Source of the DNA: Microgenomates group bacterium
GTDB taxonomy: Bacteria > Patescibacteriota > Microgenomatia > UBA8517
DNA length: 64,000 nt
NCBI GenBank assembly: GCA_049301455.1
Contig: JBAQKY010000029.1
Span: 15,597-79,596, forward strand
Reading direction: 5' to 3'
Shown here piece after piece: positions 58,079-64,000 of the stretch. The notes under the pieces were generated by a model. That model was not told the DNA's origin, did not search any database, and was given only the letters and a program-made list of their open reading frames with translations. The stretch's first letter is position 1. Every line of letters starts with the position of its first letter. The translations under genes were made by a program, and so were the position numbers.

Positions 58079-60730
58079 ATGTTTAAAAATTTATTTGGTT
58101 TTTTAGACCTCAACAAAAGGGAAGTAGATAGGTTAGATAAAACTGTAGCTTTAATTAATAATTCAGAATCAAAATTCAAAAAGTTAAAAGATGACGATTT
58201 TGTCAAAGAAACTGAGAAATTAAAGAAAAAGGCTGAGAGTGATGAAAAATTAGACACAATTTTACCTGATGCTTTTGCACTTGCTCGTGAAGCTTCACTT
58301 AGAATTTTAGGTCAACGACATTACGATGTTCAGTTAATGGCAGCAACTGCATTGTTTGAAGGTAAAATAGTAGAACAAAAAACAGGTGAAGGTAAAACGT
58401 TGTCTGCTGTTCCTGCTTTATATCTTCGTGCCTTAACTGGAAAAGGTGTTCACTTGGTTACTGTTAATGACTTTTTGGCAAGATTGGGTGCTGGTTGGAA
58501 CGCTCCAGTATTTGCCCTCTTAGGTTTAACTACAGGGGTCATAACACAGGAGAATAAATCTTTTAAGTATGATCCTAAGTTTACAGATAATAGTCATGGT
58601 GACGAAAGACTTTCTCATTTGAAACCATGTTCCAGAAAAGAAGCATATGCCTGTGATATTACATATGGTACAAACAATGAATTTGGTTTTGATTATCTTC
58701 GTGACAACATGGTTCAATCGCTTCCAGAAATGGTTCAAAGAGGTCATTATTTTGCAATTGTTGACGAGGTTGATTCAATTTTAATTGATGAAGCCAGAAC
58801 CCCTTTAATTATTTCTGCTCCTGATACAGAACCAACACAAAAATATTACCAATTTGCACAGATTGTAGATAAATTACAATTAGATATAGATTTCAAAATT
58901 GATGAGAAGGCTAAATCAGCTTCCCTAACTGAAACAGGTATTAGTAAGGTAGAAAAGATACTAGGTGTAGATAATTTATACGAGAAAGATTTTGAGAGTA
59001 TTCATCATATAGAAAATGCGCTTCGTGCAAGGAGTCTTTACCTTAAAGATCGCGATTATGTAGTTAATGATGCTGGTGTAACAATTGTTGATGAGTTTAC
59101 AGGAAGACTTATGACAGGTAGACGTTGGAGTGATGGTCTTCACCAAGCAGTTGAAGCAAAGGAGGGTGTAGTAATCCAACAAGAAAGTAAAACTCTGGCA
59201 ACTATTTCATTTCAAAATTATTTCAGAATGTATGATCATCTGTCAGGTATGACAGGAACTGCTTCAACTGAAGCAGAAGAATTTAGAAAAATATATAAGC
59301 TTGATGTTGTGGCAATTCCAACGCATAGAGATAATATCAGAATTGATGAAGGGGATTTGATTTATAAAACACTTTCAGGAAAATATAGTGCTATTGCTGC
59401 AGAGGTTGAAGAAAAATACAAAAACGGCCAACCTGTTTTAATTGGTACTACCTCAATTGATAAAAATGTAATTATTTCTGATCTTCTTAAAAGAAGAAAA
59501 ATACCACATAACGTTTTAAATGCAAAAAACCACGAAAAAGAAGCAGAGATTATCTCAAATGCTGGAAAATTAAAAGCTGTAACCGTTGCAACTAACATGG
59601 CAGGACGTGGGGTTGATATTATTTTGGGAGGTGCAAAACCCGATGACGGATCGTCAAAGAAACAAATCACAGATTGGGAAAGAGCCCATAAAGATGTCTT
59701 AAATGTTGGTGGCCTCCATGTTATTGGAACTGAACGACATGAATCAAGAAGAATAGATAATCAGTTAAGAGGAAGAGCAGGAAGACAAGGTGACCCAGGA
59801 TCCTCAAAATTCTATCTTTCACTCGAAGATGATTTGATGAGAATTTTTGGTGGTGAACAGATTAAATCGTTAATGGATAGATTAAATATTCCTGATGATC
59901 AGCCAATTGAAAATCCATTAGTAAGCCGTGCTATTGAACAATCACAAGTTAAAGTAGAAGGATTCCATTTTGATACAAGAAAAAGACTTGTTGAGTTTGA
60001 CGACGTTGCTAACCAGCAAAGAGAAATTATATATAGTTTGAGAAAAAAAGTTTTAGAAAGTGAAAACTTAAAAGATGAAATTGATGAAAAATTGGGTAAG
60101 CACGCAGGAGTAATATCTCAGGCAATGGATGTTGAAGGAATTGATTACGAGGCAATTGTGGCAGGATTTTTAGAAGTTATACCATTTGATCCGGAATCAA
60201 CAAAAAAGTTCAAAGCAGAGCTTCAAAAAAGAGATAATCCACAAGCAATTGAAGAATTTATAGAAGCAGTCTTTGCAGATATGCATAAATCAAGAGAGGG
60301 ACAAGTGGGGGAAGTTACTATGCGTCAGATTGAAAAGTACGCATACCTTGGAGCAATTGATCACCATTGGATTGACCATATTGATGCAATTGACGATTTA
60401 AGAAGTGCAATTGGGTTACGTGCTTATGGTCAACGTGATCCATTAATTGAATTTAAAGGTGAGGCGTATGAAATGTTTGAAAGCTTAAACAATAGAATTG
60501 ATGAAGAAGTTGTGAGAAGAATATTTAGAATTGGGGTTAATGCTAACCAGTCAGAAATTCCTACAAACTTGATGAGAGAAAATGTTGACACAAAAGATGG
60601 AACTGGATTGATAGAAAAGAAAGAAACAAAAAACAGCAATGTTAAGACTAATAAAATTGGAAGAAATGATCCTTGTTGGTGTGGGAGTGGAAAAAAATTC
60701 AAAAAATGTCACTTTCCAAAAGTTGGATAA
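58079..60730 (+). CDS. secA: preprotein translocase ATPase SecA
   Basis: The DEAD motor domains, the PPXD, and the HWD/HSD are all present. The C-terminal zinc finger is CWCGSGKKFKKCH. Confidence 0.95.
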   Translation: MFKNLFGFLDLNKREVDRLDKTVALINNSESKFKKLKDDDFVKETEKLKKKAESDEKLDTILPDAFALAREASLRILGQRHYDVQLMAATALFEGKIVEQKTGEGKTLSAVPALYLRALTGKGVHLVTVNDFLARLGAGWNAPVFALLGLTTGVITQENKSFKYDPKFTDNSHGDERLSHLKPCSRKEAYACDITYGTNNEFGFDYLRDNMVQSLPEMVQRGHYFAIVDEVDSILIDEARTPLIISAPDTEPTQKYYQFAQIVDKLQLDIDFKIDEKAKSASLTETGISKVEKILGVDNLYEKDFESIHHIENALRARSLYLKDRDYVVNDAGVTIVDEFTGRLMTGRRWSDGLHQAVEAKEGVVIQQESKTLATISFQNYFRMYDHLSGMTGTASTEAEEFRKIYKLDVVAIPTHRDNIRIDEGDLIYKTLSGKYSAIAAEVEEKYKNGQPVLIGTTSIDKNVIISDLLKRRKIPHNVLNAKNHEKEAEIISNAGKLKAVTVATNMAGRGVDIILGGAKPDDGSSKKQITDWERAHKDVLNVGGLHVIGTERHESRRIDNQLRGRAGRQGDPGSSKFYLSLEDDLMRIFGGEQIKSLMDRLNIPDDQPIENPLVSRAIEQSQVKVEGFHFDTRKRLVEFDDVANQQREIIYSLRKKVLESENLKDEIDEKLGKHAGVISQAMDVEGIDYEAIVAGFLEVIPFDPESTKKFKAELQKRDNPQAIEEFIEAVFADMHKSREGQVGEVTMRQIEKYAYLGAIDHHWIDHIDAIDDLRSAIGLRAYGQRDPLIEFKGEAYEMFESLNNRIDEEVVRRIFRIGVNANQSEIPTNLMRENVDTKDGTGLIEKKETKNSNVKTNKIGRNDPCWCGSGKKFKKCHFPKVG

Positions 60731-60737
60731 ATTAAAT

Positions 60738-61136
60738 ATGAAAAGAATGTATTTTGCAACAAGTTTTAAGTTTAAAGACGAATATTTGAACATATACCAA
60801 AAACTGAAGGTCTATTTAGATGAAAAATATGGGATTGAATTATATTCGTTTGTTTTTGAATACAAAGGAGATGTCGAGGACCATAAAATGATGAAGGCTG
60901 ATTTCATCGAAATGGACAAATCAGGCTTGATAATAGCAGAGGCGAGTCACAAGTCAATTGGAGTAGGAGTTGAGGTCGGATATTTTAAGGCACAACATAA
61001 GAACGTTATTTATCTTCATAAGCAAAATACTGAAATTGAAAACATAATTAACGGGGTTTCTGATTATGTTATTGATTATTCAGATGTTGATGACATAATA
61101 AATTGGTTTGATAAAAATTGCGATAAATTAAACTAA
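60738..61136 (+). CDS. nucleoside 2-deoxyribosyltransferase-like protein
   Basis: [12 protein letters not shown]...[21 protein letters not shown] fits the Rossmann-like NDT/PF15891 pattern, with a conserved E in an h-h-h-E context. The ATG at 60738 is used as start rather than the ORF-track start that overlaps secA. Confidence 0.45.
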   Translation: MKRMYFATSFKFKDEYLNIYQKLKVYLDEKYGIELYSFVFEYKGDVEDHKMMKADFIEMDKSGLIIAEASHKSIGVGVEVGYFKAQHKNVIYLHKQNTEIENIINGVSDYVIDYSDVDDIINWFDKNCDKLN

Positions 61137-61137
61137 T

Positions 61138-61659
61138 ATGCAAGAAACAAAATCAGGACTATTAAGTTATTTAGGCTATGGTTTTACCATTGCTCTTGCT
61201 ACTTTTGGAACAGTTTATTTTTTAAACTATTCAAACAACAAATCAAATGCAGAAGTTGTAGCAACATCTACACCTAAAACAGTAGTTGCAGAAAAAGATA
61301 TTGTAGTGGAAAATAATGATATGCAAGAAAATGTAACAGAATTAAAAATTGAAGATTTAGTAGTTGGAACAGGTGCAGAAGCAGTTGCTGGAAAGTTAAT
61401 CTCAGTTCATTACACAGGAACTCTTACAAATGGTACAAAGTTTGATTCTTCAAAAGACAGAGGAGAACCATTTGAATTTACATTGGGTGCAGGTCAAGTT
61501 ATCCAAGGTTGGGATAAAGGATTTGCTGGCATGAAAATTGGTGGAAAAAGAAAGTTAACAATTCCATCAGACATGGGCTATGGTGCACAAGGTGCCGGTG
61601 GTGTTATTCCTCCAAATGCTACTTTAATTTTTGAAGTAGAACTTCTTGGTGTTAAGTAA
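61138..61659 (+). CDS. FKBP-type peptidyl-prolyl cis-trans isomerase (membrane-anchored)
   Basis: It has an N-terminal TM helix. The FKBP domain is [65 protein letters not shown]. Confidence 0.85.
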   Translation: MQETKSGLLSYLGYGFTIALATFGTVYFLNYSNNKSNAEVVATSTPKTVVAEKDIVVENNDMQENVTELKIEDLVVGTGAEAVAGKLISVHYTGTLTNGTKFDSSKDRGEPFEFTLGAGQVIQGWDKGFAGMKIGGKRKLTIPSDMGYGAQGAGGVIPPNATLIFEVELLGVK

Positions 61660-62165
61660 TGAACGAAAAAGTTATTGTCAAAGACCTCATGCAAGATGGT
61701 TATGTTTATTTTTTAACTGAACCAGAAGGGAAAAATTTTGATCCTCTATTCAAACCAGATTTAACTCCAAAAGAAATGCTTGAACTTGGAGTTTTTGGTG
61801 GAAAATACATGACTGATTGTAAAGATGAGTTTCCTACTGATTGGTTTAAAAAAGCAAAATTATGTCATGAGTTTCATGATCCAAAATTAAATTTTTTTGG
61901 AGTTAGTGCAAGTCAACCGCTTTCTATTTGGAGACAAAAAGGTTGGATCCATGAAGATGATCCAAGAGGTTGGTTCCAGTGGTACTGCAGATATTACATG
62001 GGTAGAAGAAACGAATCTGAAGATGGTAGACAGATTAAAAGATGGTCGGCAATGAAACGGCATTTATCTCAATTGGTCAAAAATTGTATTTCTGAAGATT
62101 GGTCTTGTAGAAGAAAACAAAGACAAGCCCTGTTGCATTGGGCATATGACACAAGAAAGATATAA
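61659..62165 (+). CDS. hypothetical protein (Cys/Trp-containing, conserved-domain-like)
   Basis: 168 aa. No catalytic motif recognised. Confidence 0.35.
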   Translation: MNEKVIVKDLMQDGYVYFLTEPEGKNFDPLFKPDLTPKEMLELGVFGGKYMTDCKDEFPTDWFKKAKLCHEFHDPKLNFFGVSASQPLSIWRQKGWIHEDDPRGWFQWYCRYYMGRRNESEDGRQIKRWSAMKRHLSQLVKNCISEDWSCRRKQRQALLHWAYDTRKI

Positions 62166-62182
62166 TGTGGTATTATTAGTGT

Positions 62183-62815
62183 ATGCCAAAAGAAGAACCT
62201 AAGAAAAAAGTAGTTGTAGTTGAAGAAGTTGAAGCTGTTGAAGAAACTCCAAAACAGGAAGAAGTTGCTCCAGTCGAAATTAAAGATACAGAAAAGGAAG
62301 AAGTTGTCGAACAAATTAATCAAGTTGATCCTGCAGAAGATTACGATAGACCAAATTATCTATGGATAATTGTACCAACTGCTTTATTGGTTGGAGCTTT
62401 AGTTGGTGGTTTAATTACTTATTTTTCAGGTCTTTCAAGACTTGAGGGTAATGAACCTACAGTAACACCTGTTGCAACTGCAATTTCAGAAGTTAAAGAG
62501 ACCCCTGTTGCTTCAACCACACCAACTGTTAAAAGAGATGGACTTAAAGTGCAAGTTTTAAATGGTAGTGGTGTGTCAGGTGCTGCAGGAAAAGCAAAGA
62601 CACTACTTGAAGGATTAGGATATACATCTGTTGATACAGGTAATGCTTCATCATCAGATTTTGCAAATACAGAAGTTGCTGTCAAGGAATCTGCAAAAGA
62701 GTACTTAGATTTAGTTATAAAAGATCTTTCAAAAGAATATGAGGCAACTGCAGCTGCAAAAGTATTACCAACTAGCAGCAAGTATGATATAGTCATCACA
62801 CTTGGCAAAAAATGA
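62183..62815 (+). CDS. LytR_C (LytR/CpsA/Psr C-terminal) domain membrane protein
   Basis: It has an acidic N-terminus and a TM helix. The C-terminal segment GLKVQVLNGSGVSGAAGKAKTLLEGLGYTSVDTGNA is typical of the LytR_C domain. Confidence 0.6.
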   Translation: MPKEEPKKKVVVVEEVEAVEETPKQEEVAPVEIKDTEKEEVVEQINQVDPAEDYDRPNYLWIIVPTALLVGALVGGLITYFSGLSRLEGNEPTVTPVATAISEVKETPVASTTPTVKRDGLKVQVLNGSGVSGAAGKAKTLLEGLGYTSVDTGNASSSDFANTEVAVKESAKEYLDLVIKDLSKEYEATAAAKVLPTSSKYDIVITLGKK

Positions 62816-63885
62816 AATTACCTCCTCTCCCAGTTTTCTTCCCTGATGCTACTCGTGGCTTAATTAAGTCACTAGATACTACTGATATTGAAAACACAAA
62901 AACCAATGGAGTTTTGGTAAATACCTATCACCTTTTGAAGGATTTGGGTAAAGATTACATAAAGGCTCGGGGCGGGATTAAAAAATTCATGAATTGGGAT
63001 GGTTATGTGATTTCTGACTCTGGTGGTTTTCAAGTTGGAAGTTTAATTAAAATGAACCCAACAAAGGGCCATGTCAGTAACCGTGGTGTTCTTTTTAAGC
63101 CAGAAGGTGAGAAACAGGTCATGTTAACTCCTGAGAATTCTATTGAATTTCAAATGGAGCTTGGTAGTGATATGGTTGTTGTTTTGGATGATTTTACAGA
63201 CCCTAATGCAACCTATGAGGAGGCAAAGATATCAGTTGATAGAACAATATCTTGGGCCAAAAGAAGCAAAGAAGAATTTCTACGTATAGTTAAAGATAAA
63301 AATTTTACAGATAATAATAGACCTCTGATATTAGGTGTCGTCCAAGGTGGATATTATCAAGATTTAAGAAAATATTGTGCTGAGGAACTTGTCAAAATTG
63401 GATTTGATGGTTTTGGCTACGGTGGTTGGCCAATGACTAAAGAAGGTACTTTTGATTTTGAATCTGCACAAACAATTGCAGATAATACGCCAGAAGACTA
63501 TCTGTTATATGGTTTAGGGATAGGTAAGCCTGAGGACGTCGTTGCACTTAGCAAAATGGGCTATGACATTTTTGATTGTGTCTTGCCAACAAGGGATGCA
63601 AGGCATGGCAGGGCTTATGTTTTTAATTCCTCAAAAATAGATGAAGTTAACCTTGATGGTGATTTTTACCATTTTGTAAGTTTGACTAAGGGAAAAATGA
63701 TGGATGATGATAGTAAATTAAGTGATGTCTGCGATTGTCTAACCTGTAGTAGGTATACAAGAAGTTATTTAGCTCATTTATTTAAGACTAAAGACCCAAT
63801 ATCTGGAAGATTGATAACAATTCATAATTTACGTTTTTATTCCATACTGATGGAGAAAATACGTGAGCTTTCTGTGCCTAAATAA
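62812..63885 (+). CDS. tgt: queuine tRNA-ribosyltransferase
   Basis: The TIM-barrel Tgt motifs are LVNTYHL and the nucleophile region VISDSGGFQ. The zinc site is CxCxxC...H (CDCLTCSRYTRSYLAHL). Confidence 0.9.
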   Translation: MKLPPLPVFFPDATRGLIKSLDTTDIENTKTNGVLVNTYHLLKDLGKDYIKARGGIKKFMNWDGYVISDSGGFQVGSLIKMNPTKGHVSNRGVLFKPEGEKQVMLTPENSIEFQMELGSDMVVVLDDFTDPNATYEEAKISVDRTISWAKRSKEEFLRIVKDKNFTDNNRPLILGVVQGGYYQDLRKYCAEELVKIGFDGFGYGGWPMTKEGTFDFESAQTIADNTPEDYLLYGLGIGKPEDVVALSKMGYDIFDCVLPTRDARHGRAYVFNSSKIDEVNLDGDFYHFVSLTKGKMMDDDSKLSDVCDCLTCSRYTRSYLAHLFKTKDPISGRLITIHNLRFYSILMEKIRELSVPK

Positions 63886-64000
63886 AGCTAAATGCTTGAC
63901 AAGTCATATCCATTATGGGTATACTCGGCCACGTACATGGAAGACCAATCACAACAAGAACAAACACAAGTAACTCCACCACAGGCAACTGCATATTCTG

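Noticed and set aside
1-64000. Alternative genetic code with UGA recoding, as in some CPR lineages
   Set aside because: Long conserved genes (recA, lon, secA, and the partial ABC ATPase at 78-80) terminate at TGA, and no in-frame TGA interrupts conserved domains. The standard bacterial code fits.
1-64000. CRISPR arrays, reverse transcriptase/DGR, integrases or transposases
   Set aside because: Intergenic regions are short, at most 370 nt, and none shows regularly spaced direct repeats. No ORF carries RT (YxDD), tyrosine-recombinase (RxxR...HxxR...Y) or DDE transposase motifs.

Overview
This window is an AT-rich, gene-dense, mostly + strand-coded stretch that looks like a small-genome bacterium, probably a Patescibacteria/CPR-like lineage. 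It uses the standard code: TGA/TAA/TAG all terminate ORFs here. Most of the window is housekeeping. There is a partial ABC ATPase followed by a MacB/FtsX permease, then recA-recX-rny-hup, an ABC-2 exporter operon, miaA, an AI-2E transporter, an RNase P RNA (rnpB, not in the ORF track), dtd, an endonuclease-III-like glycosylase, secD-secF, cca, recJ, an archaeal-type AspRS, a D,D-carboxypeptidase, gltX, a DEAD-box helicase, dus, mltG, Kef and CaCA antiporters, dgkA, a PAP2 phosphatase, lon, greA, lysS, serS, an ABC exporter, rarA, secA, an FKBP PPIase and tgt. Two tRNAs sit at tRNA-Gln(CUG) 41602-41672 (-) and tRNA-Glu(CUC) 47789-47862 (+). The accessory or unusual content is: (1) a 1101-aa KAP-family P-loop NTPase with transmembrane helices inside the NTPase domain, lying directly 3' of tRNA-Gln; (2) a cluster of poorly characterised surface and membrane proteins at 26.5-31.4 kb, including a DUF4258-like/TM/Thr-Pro linker/phosphodiester-glycosidase fusion, a very acidic secreted protein, and a 511-aa polytopic membrane protein divergently packed 22 nt away; (3) a type IV pilin-like protein with a cysteine-rich C-terminal domain; (4) small standalone HNH and GIY-YIG nucleases; (5) a frameshifted small zinc-ribbon gene; (6) a secreted TIM-barrel-like hydrolase with a Cys-rich tail right after tRNA-Glu, followed by a structured greA leader. 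I found no CRISPR array, reverse transcriptase, integrase or transposase.
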